A DNA stretch of 33,335 nt from Tubiluchus corallicola. Lineage: Eukaryota > Animalia > Priapulida. Position 1 is the stretch's first letter. The number at the start of each line of letters is the position of its first letter. The notes under the pieces are model-generated. The model ran no database searches. It saw nothing but the letters and a program-made list of their open reading frames with translations, and was not told the origin of the DNA. The stretch is taken from positions 1 to 33,335 of the forward strand of contig JAQGDQ010002444.1 of NCBI GenBank assembly GCA_030141605.1, written 5' to 3'. Positions 10,584 to 20,584 of this stretch are shown piece after piece. A program made the position numbers and the translations under genes.

Positions 10584-12179
10584 ATGAGGAAGCTTGTTAT
10601 ACTATATGTTATGTTTTTATTAAATACATTATTATTTTCAGATACAATATTGTCTTCTAATAAAACTTCTTTAGCAGTTGGAGAAAACATAACTTTTTCA
10701 TTAACATCTACAGATGGTGTAATATTAAGGTATGCAATAAATGAAGTAGATGTTTTTCATGAAATAGGTTCATCTAAGAGTGTGACGATAAAAAATTTTA
10801 ATATCCATAATGTCTATAAAAAATCATACACAGCAAGTAAGGCTGGAACTTATAAAATATCAGCTAGGGCTATAATTTTAGGAGATACAGTTGACTCAAA
10901 TGAAATAGAAATAACAGTTGTTGATGGAAATTTAAGTAATTCAACTTTAAATAATAACAATATCACTCAAGATAATATCATAGAAAAACCCTATATAAAT
11001 AACTATAATAGATCTATAAATAAAGCATACTTTGGAGAAAAAATAATATTTCAAGATTTTTTAGAAATAGAATCAAGGTTGTTTGACTATAAATATAATA
11101 ATATTGATATATTTCAAGATTTTACAGTTGATAATAGAACTGATAGGTCTGCTATAAGTAATTACAGTGTAATTAATAATAATAATAAAACTATATTAAG
11201 GTATAATTTATTTTCTGTTATTTTGGAACCTCTAAAAACAGGAAGACTTCATATTCCTAAAAGAAACGTAATAACAAGAATATTTGACATGCATAGAAAC
11301 GAACAGATATTATTTAATGAAAAAAGCATTGAAGTACTTCCAATTCCAAGTGATAAACCTGATAATTATAAAAACATAGTAGGAAAAAATGCTGAATTAG
11401 AGTATGCGTTTTCTAATCTAAAAATAAACAGTGATGAATCAATAACTTTAAATATAAGTATATTTGGAGATATCAACTTAGATATAGCAGAAAATATACT
11501 AGGGAGTATAAAAGATTTTAAGATTTACGAAAATACAAAAAATTTTCAAGATTATATAGAAAATGGAAAATACTTTGCAAGAAAAGAATTTGAAATAATA
11601 TTAGTTCCTCAAAATAGTAGTGTAGAAAGGATACCAGAAATTAGCTTTTCATATTTTAACACAAGTAAAGGTAAATTTATAGACCTAGTAATACCAGAGC
11701 AAAATATCAATATAATAAATAATAACAGTATTGAAGAAAATGTAAGTGTTGAAGATAGTGTTGAAATACAGTTTAAGAAATCGATTAAAGAAACTATATT
11801 AACAAATAATGTGATTTTAGTTTTATTAGCTTTTGTAGCGCTACAAGGAATAATAATTATAGTTCTTATATTAAAAAAGAAAGAAAGGAAAAAGATAAAT
11901 TATGATGATATAGAGCTAAAAAGGTTAATAACTAAATTTTATAAGGAAAAAAATTCTAAAGAATTATATAAAATATACGCAAATATATTAAAGCAAAAAT
12001 TTGAAGCAGATGTTATACATGAAGGATCAGATGCCTTAAGTGAAATAAAAAATAGGAATAAAGAAATATACATAGAGCATATAAAATATTTAGAAACTTT
12101 GTATATTAGTGGAAAAAATATTTCTAAAGAAAAAAAAGACGAAATGGTTTTATTATTAAAAGAACTTAATAAAGTTTAG
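10584..12179 (+). CDS. batD: BatD-like secreted, membrane-anchored protein
   Basis: Signal peptide, beta-rich repeats (LAVGENITFSL, IEVLPIP, IPEISFSYFN), C-terminal TM, position after batC. ATG at 10584 follows AGGTGG. Confidence 0.78.
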   Translation: MRKLVILYVMFLLNTLLFSDTILSSNKTSLAVGENITFSLTSTDGVILRYAINEVDVFHEIGSSKSVTIKNFNIHNVYKKSYTASKAGTYKISARAIILGDTVDSNEIEITVVDGNLSNSTLNNNNITQDNIIEKPYINNYNRSINKAYFGEKIIFQDFLEIESRLFDYKYNNIDIFQDFTVDNRTDRSAISNYSVINNNNKTILRYNLFSVILEPLKTGRLHIPKRNVITRIFDMHRNEQILFNEKSIEVLPIPSDKPDNYKNIVGKNAELEYAFSNLKINSDESITLNISIFGDINLDIAENILGSIKDFKIYENTKNFQDYIENGKYFARKEFEIILVPQNSSVERIPEISFSYFNTSKGKFIDLVIPEQNINIINNNSIEENVSVEDSVEIQFKKSIKETILTNNVILVLLAFVALQGIIIIVLILKKKERKKINYDDIELKRLITKFYKEKNSKELYKIYANILKQKFEADVIHEGSDALSEIKNRNKEIYIEHIKYLETLYISGKNISKEKKDEMVLLLKELNKV

Positions 12180-12201
12180 TTTTGAAAGGCAAGTTGTCAT
12201 T

Positions 12202-15200
12202 ATGAATAACAATATTATAGAAAAATATAAAATATATAAAAAACGACTTATTGATTTAAATGGAAATAATAGAAGCCTTATTTTAAAAAAATTATATAAA
12301 TCTCAATTTTTTGACCTTTTTATATTAAGTAATTTAAACAGTGACTTTGAGAATAACTTATATAATTTTTTACAAAATAGATCAAATAATGATTTTGAAT
12401 TATTAAATGTAGCTAGCCATTTAGCAGGAAATAAGTTTAATTTGTCTTCTTATAATAAAATACTAAATAATATAAATAGAGCTTCAATACATATTGAAAG
12501 GGAAAATGGAAGTCAAAATTTATATTTAGCTCATACTTTCATTGAGGGAAGATTAAGTGATAGCTCTTTAATAAAAGCTCCATTTCTTTTTATACCTATT
12601 ATTTTAGAAAAAAATAATTTGCAATGGAAAATTAAGCATAACTTAGATAAAGATATTATCTTTAATAAGTCTTTAATGTATGTTTTAGAAAAATCAGAAG
12701 ATATAAAATTTGACCCTAAGACATCTGTATACCTTGAGAGTGTGCCAGAAAACTTATCACAATTTGTAGTAAATTTTTTTAAAAACTATGATATTAATAT
12801 TTTTAAAGAGAAATATTCAGAAAATATTGATAAATTTAAAGAATACACAAATAAAACTTTTCCAATATATCCGTTAAAAGAATTTCAGCTGTTAAATAAT
12901 TTTGTTTTAGGAATTTTTCCACAATTTTCTAACACTTGTAGCTTAGATTATGATAAATTAATTGAAATAAAAAGCTATAATAAAAATATAGAAAATCTTA
13001 TTGGAAGTAATGAAAATGATATCTTACCAAAATCTTTAGAGAAGAAAATAGTTAATATCCCTGAAAAAAACTTTTGCTTTATTACAGAAATGGACTATAG
13101 TCAAAAAAAAGCAAGTTTTGCTATAAAAGACATTGATGGACTTGTAATTTATGGGCCTCCTGGTTCAGGAAAATCACAGGTTATAGTAAATATTATCTCT
13201 GATTACATAATAAAAAATAAAAAAGTACTTATTATATCAGAAAAAGCTCATGCATTAAATGTTATATATAACAGGTTATCTTCATTAAATATAAGTGAAC
13301 CAATTGTTATAATAGAAGATGTTAATAAAGATAGAAATTATTTATATGAAAAAATAAAAAATATTTTAAGCAAAGATCATAAATATTCAAGTGTATATAA
13401 GGAAAGATTTGGATTAATTGCTGGAGAATTAGATAAACACTTAGCATATCTAGAAATTATTGATAATACGTTACAGGAAAAAGTACCATATGGACTAACT
13501 TTATATGAACTATATCATAGCTCTAAAAACTTTAAAGAACATCCTGATTTAGAAATAAAAGCTTTATATGAAGATTTTTCTGATTTCGAAAATTATACTT
13601 ATAATGACATGAAAAAGATTTGTAACACTTTTAAAGAACTTTCTAAGTTTATTAAGTATGACTATAAAGATACTCTTTTAAAATATAGATATAGCTTTGG
13701 TAAGTTTAATAGTAAAAATGTAGATGAGCTATTGCAGGTAATTAATGATATTGTATTTACTAATACAAATGAAAAGTCATATTATTTTGAAAATAAAGAT
13801 TTAATTAATGTAAAAAATATTCTTTTGAATAATGAATATGATATTAAAGGGTATATTTTAAAAATTAAAGATTTGATAAAGTTGTGTGAGTGCATAAAGG
13901 AACCTTTATTAGAAAAGGGATTAGATGTTGAAGAATTTTTAAACTATATTAGCATAATAAAAAATAACAGATGGTGGAATATTAATTTTTGGAAAGCAAA
14001 AAAAATGTTGAAAAAATTTGTAACAAACAATATAGTTAATGCTGAATCTATAATTAACAACACAATTAAATTAAAAGATATAAACCTAGAGGTAGAAAAT
14101 ACTTTGAAGTTTAAAATATCAAATGATTTAAAATTAGAGGAAACAAAGCTGTTTTTAGAAAAAATATTAAATATTAGCCAAAAAATTAATGTGTACTTAG
14201 AAAAACTCTTAAAATTAAACTTATATATTGATGGGGATAATATAGAAATATTAAAGAATAAATTTTTAAGAAATAAAAATAATATTGATAAGTTAGTTAA
14301 GTTTCAAAATATTATACAAAATGACATTGATAAAATAATATATTACGATACTTTAAAGGAAAAGCTAACAAAAGATGAAAAAAAGATATTACATAAAATA
14401 CTAAAATCATATAACTTTAAAGAATATTCTTCTAAAAATATCCATAAAGCAGTAAAAAATACTTTTATTAACAAAAATATTGAATATATAAATAAAACAA
14501 AACATGTAATGAGTCATATTGAAAAATTAAATAAACTTAGAGATGAAAGTAAAAAGCTTGAAAAGTCAAAGCTTGACATTATTCAGCCACTATTTCATGA
14601 GATATCTGGAAATAAAATAATAAAAAATATATCTGATGAGTTAAAAGAAGAGATATTACAAGATGTTTTAAAGAAGAAATGGAAGAAAACAATACGTAGC
14701 TTTGTTGATGCCTATTATAGAAAACACCTTTTTGAAATCATACCTTGTTGGTTAACAACACCTGAGGTAGCTTCAACTATATTTCCAGTTGAAAAAGAAA
14801 TGTTTGATATAGTTATATTTGATGAATCGTCTCAAGTGTTTGTAGAAAAAGCTATTCCTGCTATATATAGAAGTGAGAAGGTAATTGTAATAGGAGATGA
14901 CAAACAGCTTCAACCAAATGATTTATTTGCTATAAAAACTTCTAATAATAAAAATATAGATTTTATAAATAAATATAAAAGTATATTTGATTTAGCCAAA
15001 TACAAATTTAGTAATACAATGTTAAAATACCATTATAGATCAAGATATGAAGAACTTATAAATTTTTCAAACTACTTGTTTTATAATGGAAAAATAGAAG
15101 TAATAGAGAGAAAGGATCGAGAAAAAAATATAAAACCCATAGAAGTTATAAAAGTAGATGGGAAATGGATAAATGGCAAAAATAAAGAAGAAGCTGAAGC

Positions 15201-15705
15201 GATATACCAAGTTACTAAAAGTATTTTAAAAAATAAAGAAAAAGACAAAACGATTGGAATAATAACTTTTAATCATAGTCAACAAGTTTTTATTTTAGAT
15301 TATTTTGATAATATGGCTCTTATTGATAAAGAATTTAATAGTTTGTATGAAAAAGAAAAAAAGCATAAAAGCGGTAAAGAAAATATTGGAATTTTTATAA
15401 AAAATATAGAAAATGTCCAAGGTGATGAAAGAGATATAATTATATTCTCAATAGGTTATGCTAAAAATGAAGAAGGTAAGCTATATTCTTACTTTGGTAG
15501 CCTAAATAGGGAGTATGGAGAGAATAGACTAAATGTAGCAATTAGTAGAGCTAAAGAAAAAATATATATAGTTACCTCTATTGACCCTTCAGAGCTAGAT
15601 GTAGGTAATAGTAAAAACTTAGGGCCAAAATTACTAAAGAAATACTTAGAGTATGGTATGTATATATCATCAAATCAAAATGAACCAAACAAGACATTTA
15701 TATAG
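12202..15705 (+). CDS. DUF4011-domain superfamily 1 (Upf1/DNA2-like) helicase with no C-terminal nuclease domain
   Basis: N-terminal KRLIDLNGNNRSL and APFLFIPI (DUF4011-like); Walker A GPPGSGKSQ; DESSQ; GDDKQL; YHYRSR; IENVQGDERD; NRLNVAISRAK. Confidence 0.88.
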   Translation: MNNNIIEKYKIYKKRLIDLNGNNRSLILKKLYKSQFFDLFILSNLNSDFENNLYNFLQNRSNNDFELLNVASHLAGNKFNLSSYNKILNNINRASIHIERENGSQNLYLAHTFIEGRLSDSSLIKAPFLFIPIILEKNNLQWKIKHNLDKDIIFNKSLMYVLEKSEDIKFDPKTSVYLESVPENLSQFVVNFFKNYDINIFKEKYSENIDKFKEYTNKTFPIYPLKEFQLLNNFVLGIFPQFSNTCSLDYDKLIEIKSYNKNIENLIGSNENDILPKSLEKKIVNIPEKNFCFITEMDYSQKKASFAIKDIDGLVIYGPPGSGKSQVIVNIISDYIIKNKKVLIISEKAHALNVIYNRLSSLNISEPIVIIEDVNKDRNYLYEKIKNILSKDHKYSSVYKERFGLIAGELDKHLAYLEIIDNTLQEKVPYGLTLYELYHSSKNFKEHPDLEIKALYEDFSDFENYTYNDMKKICNTFKELSKFIKYDYKDTLLKYRYSFGKFNSKNVDELLQVINDIVFTNTNEKSYYFENKDLINVKNILLNNEYDIKGYILKIKDLIKLCECIKEPLLEKGLDVEEFLNYISIIKNNRWWNINFWKAKKMLKKFVTNNIVNAESIINNTIKLKDINLEVENTLKFKISNDLKLEETKLFLEKILNISQKINVYLEKLLKLNLYIDGDNIEILKNKFLRNKNNIDKLVKFQNIIQNDIDKIIYYDTLKEKLTKDEKKILHKILKSYNFKEYSSKNIHKAVKNTFINKNIEYINKTKHVMSHIEKLNKLRDESKKLEKSKLDIIQPLFHEISGNKIIKNISDELKEEILQDVLKKKWKKTIRSFVDAYYRKHLFEIIPCWLTTPEVASTIFPVEKEMFDIVIFDESSQVFVEKAIPAIYRSEKVIVIGDDKQLQPNDLFAIKTSNNKNIDFINKYKSIFDLAKYKFSNTMLKYHYRSRYEELINFSNYLFYNGKIEVIERKDREKNIKPIEVIKVDGKWINGKNKEEAEAIYQVTKSILKNKEKDKTIGIITFNHSQQVFILDYFDNMALIDKEFNSLYEKEKKHKSGKENIGIFIKNIENVQGDERDIIIFSIGYAKNEEGKLYSYFGSLNREYGENRLNVAISRAKEKIYIVTSIDPSELDVGNSKNLGPKLLKKYLEYGMYISSNQNEPNKTFI

Positions 15706-15716
15706 ATTTATATAAA

Positions 15717-15756
15717 TTAAAAGCTGTCAATGGTGCTGTATTGATAGCTTTTTTAA
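15717..15756. terminator. Probably bidirectional intrinsic terminator between the helicase and DUF3800
   Basis: AAAAGCTGTCAAT-GGTGCTGT-ATTGATAGCTTTTTT. Confidence 0.7.
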
Positions 15757-15938
15757 TATAAAATTGACTTATTGTGTACAGTTATTCTTGTAACTAAAAT
15801 ATACTAACTCTTTAAGAAAAATAAAATAAGATTTCTAGACTTATTTATTAAAAAAAACTTGTTGATGAACTATATCTAGGTGCAACGAGTATAATACAAT
15901 TTTACCTTTTGTATACTTTTTCATGTTTTATCACGTGA

Positions 15939-17069
15939 TTACTGATCATATATTTTATTACTTTTTTTCAAATACTCAATGATTTCATATTGTTTTTTTA
16001 GTGTTGATGTCGGTAGCGTAGACATCATAAAATATTCTGAAAATGCTTCTGACATAAGTATAAGCGAATAATATTTTCCTAATAATTCCAAAGTGTTGTC
16101 ACCTAGTGAATCCAACCATATATTAATTTCATTATTAGAACTCATTATTATATTATTCAAGAACTTTCCAACAAAACCTACCAACGCATCAGACAACTGA
16201 ATAAATATATCATCTTTGGAATCCATAAATCGCATATTCAAATTAGATTCATAATTTATATCTGCTTCAACAAACAACTTTTTGATATCTTCTTCGTTAT
16301 CAAAAATATGATTAGAACCAGTAAATATACTCGGTCTTTCAACATATAATAATTCATATTGTTTGAATAAATCGTTATCATCATTGTCAGTTAGAAAACC
16401 ATCACATTCTCTTTTACTTGCCGCTTTCAGCATTTGTCTTAGTAGTTCAGAAATAAAACCTTCCACTTCATTACAAGGTAAATACTGAGCTTCATATAGA
16501 TTGTATATTTCTTTATAAAAATAGATTAAGTCATTTGTATTTATATTGGGATAATTATATTTTGAAAAAATACTATTAATCTCTTCTCTGTTATTGAAAG
16601 CAAAAACATAAAAATTATCTTTGATATCTCTGTTAAATCTCATAGTATCTTTAGTATCAGGCATCGAATCAACAATATCCACTATAGACCAATAATAATA
16701 ATCTAAAATCGAAAAATGAAATTTTATATCATTACTATAAAACCAATCCAATAATATCTGGAATCTTTTAGAGTTTACAAGTTCAGTAATATTCTTAGCG
16801 TTACGATTGAAAAACTTAAACTCTTTTTGAGTTTTTTGAGGTTTGAGATTATTTATAAGACTTTTTACATCAACATTTTCTTGTTCCTTAAAATAAATAC
16901 CACCAATAACAAAACAACTTTGAGTCTTAATATCGTTATTAAATTCACCATCTACAATTCGAAAAGCACGAAAATTATTTGTTTCATCATAATAAAAAAA
17001 TCCACTTGTAGTAGAGTCATTAATGCCGACCATTTGATTTGACATTTTTTTAGCGTCTATAAAATTCAT
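15939..17069 (-). CDS. DUF3800 domain protein (predicted RNase H-like fold)
   Basis: FYYDETNN, FVIGGI, EFKF, IFDNEE, DSKDDIFIQLSDALVG motifs; ATG at 17069 after GAGGAG. Confidence 0.8.
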   Translation of the reverse strand: MNFIDAKKMSNQMVGINDSTTSGFFYYDETNNFRAFRIVDGEFNNDIKTQSCFVIGGIYFKEQENVDVKSLINNLKPQKTQKEFKFFNRNAKNITELVNSKRFQILLDWFYSNDIKFHFSILDYYYWSIVDIVDSMPDTKDTMRFNRDIKDNFYVFAFNNREEINSIFSKYNYPNINTNDLIYFYKEIYNLYEAQYLPCNEVEGFISELLRQMLKAASKRECDGFLTDNDDNDLFKQYELLYVERPSIFTGSNHIFDNEEDIKKLFVEADINYESNLNMRFMDSKDDIFIQLSDALVGFVGKFLNNIIMSSNNEINIWLDSLGDNTLELLGKYYSLILMSEAFSEYFMMSTLPTSTLKKQYEIIEYLKKSNKIYDQ

Positions 17070-17108
17070 TATTATCCACACTCCTCATTTATTTATTACA
17101 ACATTCTT

Positions 17109-18232
17109 TGGACTTATGTTAATATAGTGGAGACAAAAGATCGAATTATTTATGCTGATCTTATAATATCCTCATATTGCTGAGGTGTTAAATAGCCAAT
17201 ACTACTATGTATTCTCTTTCTGTTATACCATGACTCAATATATTCAAAGATAGCTAATCTAGCTGTATTAAAGTCATAGTAGTTTGCCTTATGAACTTCC
17301 TCTTTCTTGAGAGAAGCATGAAATGATTCTATACAGGCATTATCATAAGGATTGCTCTTGCCACTAAAAGAGTGAATAATATTATTATTTTTAAGGTACT
17401 CTCTAAATCTAATGCTAGTATATTGTGAGCCTAAGTCGCTACGAAGAATAACTGCTTGTGATGGACATTGGCTATGTATAGCATTTTTTACAGCTTCTAT
17501 TGCCAGACCTGTGTCCATAGTTTTTCTGAAGGAATAACCTATAATCTTTCGGGTGCACAAATCTAGTACAGATGCTAAATAGCACCAACCATGTCGTATA
17601 GTATGGGTATAGGTTATGTCAGTAAGCCATTTTTGATTAATATCTGTAGTTTTAAAGTTTTGTTTTAGAAGATTTTCACCTTCTTAAATCTTATTTTTTA
17701 ACAACTATTGCTCTGATTTCTAATTTTTTCATTAATCGTTGGACTCTTTTTAAGCTCACAGTATAACCTTTAGAGAGTAAAACTCTATGAATATTAGGAG
17801 CACCATATCTTTGTTTTGAATTATTATATATATTTAAAATTTATTTTCTTAAGAGGTTATTTTCTTGAGTACGCTTACTTTCTGACTTACACAAATACTT
17901 ATAATAAGAGCTTCTAGATACACCTAAAACTTTACACATTAGCTTAATGTTATGTTGATGTTTATAATCAGTAATATACTTATAGATAGAGTTTATTCCT
18001 TTGTGAATATGGCCTAGGCTTATATTTTTTTACCCATCCAGAGATAGTTGATTTTGTAATGCCATATTCATTATTTAACTCTAATAAACTTTTCCCAGAG
18101 TTATAGAGCTCTACTATTGTATTTTTGAATTCTGATGTATATGATTTATTACCTTTTCCCATTGTTAGACACCTGCCTTTTATATATTTTATAACATTCG
18201 CTTTTTGTGTCTACATCTTTATACTAACACCA
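17109..18232 (-). mobile_element. IS3-family insertion sequence, defective
   Basis: Ends TGGACTTATGTTAATATAGTGGAGACAAAA and (minus strand) TGGTGTTAGTATAAAGATGTAGACACAAAA match at 19/30 by manual count; TG...CA termini; orfA and orfB inside. Confidence 0.88.
17150..18162 (-). pseudogene. IS3 transposase orfA/orfB, disrupted
   Basis: orfA HTH (YTSEFKNTIVELY...YGITKSTISGW) is internally deleted; orfB rve core (WLTDITY, SDLGSQY, DNACIESFHASLKKE, YNRKRIHSSIGYLTP) is broken by stops and frameshifts upstream. Confidence 0.88.
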
Positions 18233-18493
18233 TTCAGCAATTAGAAGTCTTGATTTTCTGCATACATAAGTCATTATTGCGCCTTTCTTACCTGGAATAG
18301 TTCCTCTTGTTTCCTTTGTTTCATTAGGCTTCCTTTTCCCTTTTCTAGGCAATAACTGTACTGTATTTTCTATTTCTTCAATGGTAAAATGCTTATGACT
18401 CATGCATATTCCTTTTAATATTTGGTTGGACATATATTATATCAAGGAAATATCTGTGGGTCTTTTTTTGTTGCAATTAATATACAATTCAAG
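18233..18493 (-). mobile_element. IS30-family remnant: left end plus internally deleted transposase fragments
   Basis: MSHKHFTIEE, LPRKGK, ETRG and IMTYVCRKSRLLIA pieces; terminal IR (minus strand) CTTGAATTGTATATTAATTGCAACA at 18469-18493; cut by the IS3. Confidence 0.7.
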
Positions 18494-18549
18494 ATTTAAA
18501 TAATTCTTTAAATTCATCTAAGGTAGATTATCAAGTTAATTATATTTTT

Positions 18550-19182
18550 GAAAAAGACTATAAACTATTTGATTGCAGTTACTTAGAGGAATTTTGTGAT
18601 AAAAAAAGCTGTAAAAAAATATTCTTGGTTTAAAGAGAAATAGTATTAAAATTCGCAAAAAAGTTATTAGTAAGTTAGACAAAGTTTCTAATAATGAAAT
18701 GTATATTTTTGCTTTAATTGCATTAGCCAAAGATGGCTTGCTTGAAGACGAAATAAAAAATAAGTTAAAAAACAAACTTAGTCTGCCAACTATAAGAAAA
18801 GTACTAAAAATTTAGCCACAAACAAACTAATATCTAAAGCTTCAGGAAAAAAATCTTTTTTTGTATAAAAAAAGATAATAATAAAAATTATATATTAATT
18901 CCTGTAGATTTAATTAAAAAAGTATATAAAAAGAAATAAGTGCAGCATATTATAGAGCTTATGTAGCTCTAAAAGGTGCTGCTGAAAATAAAACAAAAGG
19001 ACGTAATAGCTTTTTCAACTCAAACAACTTTAGAAAAAGCTCTAGGATATATTAGAAATAGGATCTCAGAGATTATGTCAGAACTAGAAAAATTAAAAAT
19101 AATAAAAAAAGATGATTATATAAAAAATGAAAGCTCCATAAAAATTGTTTATCCACATTTTTTAAAAAACATAAACACTTGA
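18550..19182 (+). pseudogene. Frameshifted tandem winged-helix protein, replication-initiator-like
   Basis: Joined frames read EMYIFALIAL...LSLPTIRKVLK/NLATNKLI...NYILIPVDLI...ISAAYYRAYVAL...TQTTLEKALGYIRNRISEIMSELEKLKII; the shifts lie mostly in A runs. Confidence 0.45.
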
Positions 19183-19314
19183 GGTGTGGGGAAAAAATAC
19201 TGAAAACTGAGGAAAAAGGGAGTTTTTTTTTACGCTTATGAAAAATAAAACAAAAGAGTATTATTTTGAGTAAAAAAGTATGCCAAAAATACTTTAAATA
19301 TAAATAAAAAAATG

Positions 19315-19348
19315 ATAAAATATAAACATAATAAAATATAAACATAAT
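19315..19348 (+). repeat. Tandem 16-bp direct repeat (ATAAAATATAAACATA x2)
   Basis: Exact copies at 19315-19330 and 19331-19346, upstream of the recombinase relic. Confidence 0.6.
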
Positions 19349-19384
19349 TAAACAGAATAATAAAAAGAGTAAAAAAAGTGGCAA

Positions 19385-19960
19385 ATGGAGGAAATAATAA
19401 AAAGAAATAACAATAACAATATAGTACTGAGTTATTCAAAAAACTACTACAGAGATAATGAGATAAAATACTTAAAAATGCAAGAATACATAGCTTTAGA
19501 AAAAAGTATTAATAATTTTATCATAGATTACTTGTAAGACTACTATTTGAAACAGCTTCTAGAGTAAGTGAAGTTTTAGAAATAAAGATAATGGATGTTG
19601 ATATAAAATATAACAAAAAGAAGCAAAGAAAAACAGTATATAAAGACGTACCAGTTTCAAATGAACTATTAAAAATGGTATTTTTTCATATAAATGAACA
19701 AAAATTAGAAAAAAATGACTACTTATGTGTGAGAAATAGTAAAATTTGGAAAAAAAGAACAAATAGGAACACAATATACAAGTTTTTAAAAAAGTATGCA
19801 GAAAAAACTTTAGGAAGAGAATATAATTTGGTGCATCCGCACACACTTAGACACACAAGAGCAATACAGCTTTTGAATGAAAACATCAATATAGTGAAAG
19901 TACAACGTTTTTTAGGTCATGCAAATCTAGCAAATAAGAGTATTGGAATTTACTAAATTA
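19385..19960 (+). pseudogene. Small tyrosine recombinase (resolvase-like), frameshifted
   Basis: ATG at 19385; frameshift near 19518; then LLFETASRVSE (catalytic R), HPHTLRH and FLGH; the C-terminal Tyr region is disrupted. Confidence 0.85.
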
Positions 19961-20068
19961 TGCAGATATAAAACATATTAATGGTTACTAACTAGAGAAA
20001 CGGATGTAAAACCCACTGCTAGTTGTGAGCTGCAAAGGTGGAAATATAAATATATTAAGTGGAGATAT

Positions 20069-20500
20069 ATGAAAAGAGTAGTTATATTTTTGAATGGATA
20101 GAGCAAATTAAATTTTAATGATCTAATTAATGAAATAGAAAAAGAGTATAAAACTAATAAATATGAGGTACTAAAAGATTTTGATGATAGTAATTATAGA
20201 ATAATGTTTGAGTTTTTTTTATTGCTATTCCTTCATATGTTGAGGAAAAAGGAAAACTCGGAGAAAAGTTATTTCTTGGACATACAGTTATTAAGGATAA
20301 AAAAAACTGTAGAGGATCTGGAGATGTTTTATAGAAAACTATTATCTAATGAAGAAGGAAAAAATATGCATTTAGTGGAAATGATAAAAAGTGTAATAAT
20401 TTAGTAGTATATAATGATATATCAAGTTTTATGGGGAAGAAGGGTATTATTATACAAGTAAAGTAGAAACTTTATTAAGATTGTTAGTGTATAAAATTTA
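20069..20500 (+). pseudogene. Disrupted gene of unknown function
   Basis: GGAG-ATG at 20069, in-frame TAG at codon 11, frame continues into ORF 20204-20404, apparent homopolymer frameshifts. Confidence 0.4.
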
Positions 20501-20584
20501 TTTAAATAACTATACTATTGATGAAATAAAAGATTTTTGGAAATTTGATGGGAATTATATTTATGCCTATTTTTATAATAAAAG

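Noticed and set aside
9989-10690. Minus-strand ORFs and quasi-repeats within batC
   Set aside because: They are shadows of a low-complexity linker, which is expected in BatC-like proteins.
15717-15760. TGGTGC in the hairpin loop as an att copy of the tRNA-Leu 3' end
   Set aside because: Only about 4-5 nt match TGGTACCAGAG, which is not significant.
19980-20045. GC-richer patch after the recombinase as a riboswitch or ncRNA
   Set aside because: No recognisable riboswitch consensus or strong stem is visible by eye.
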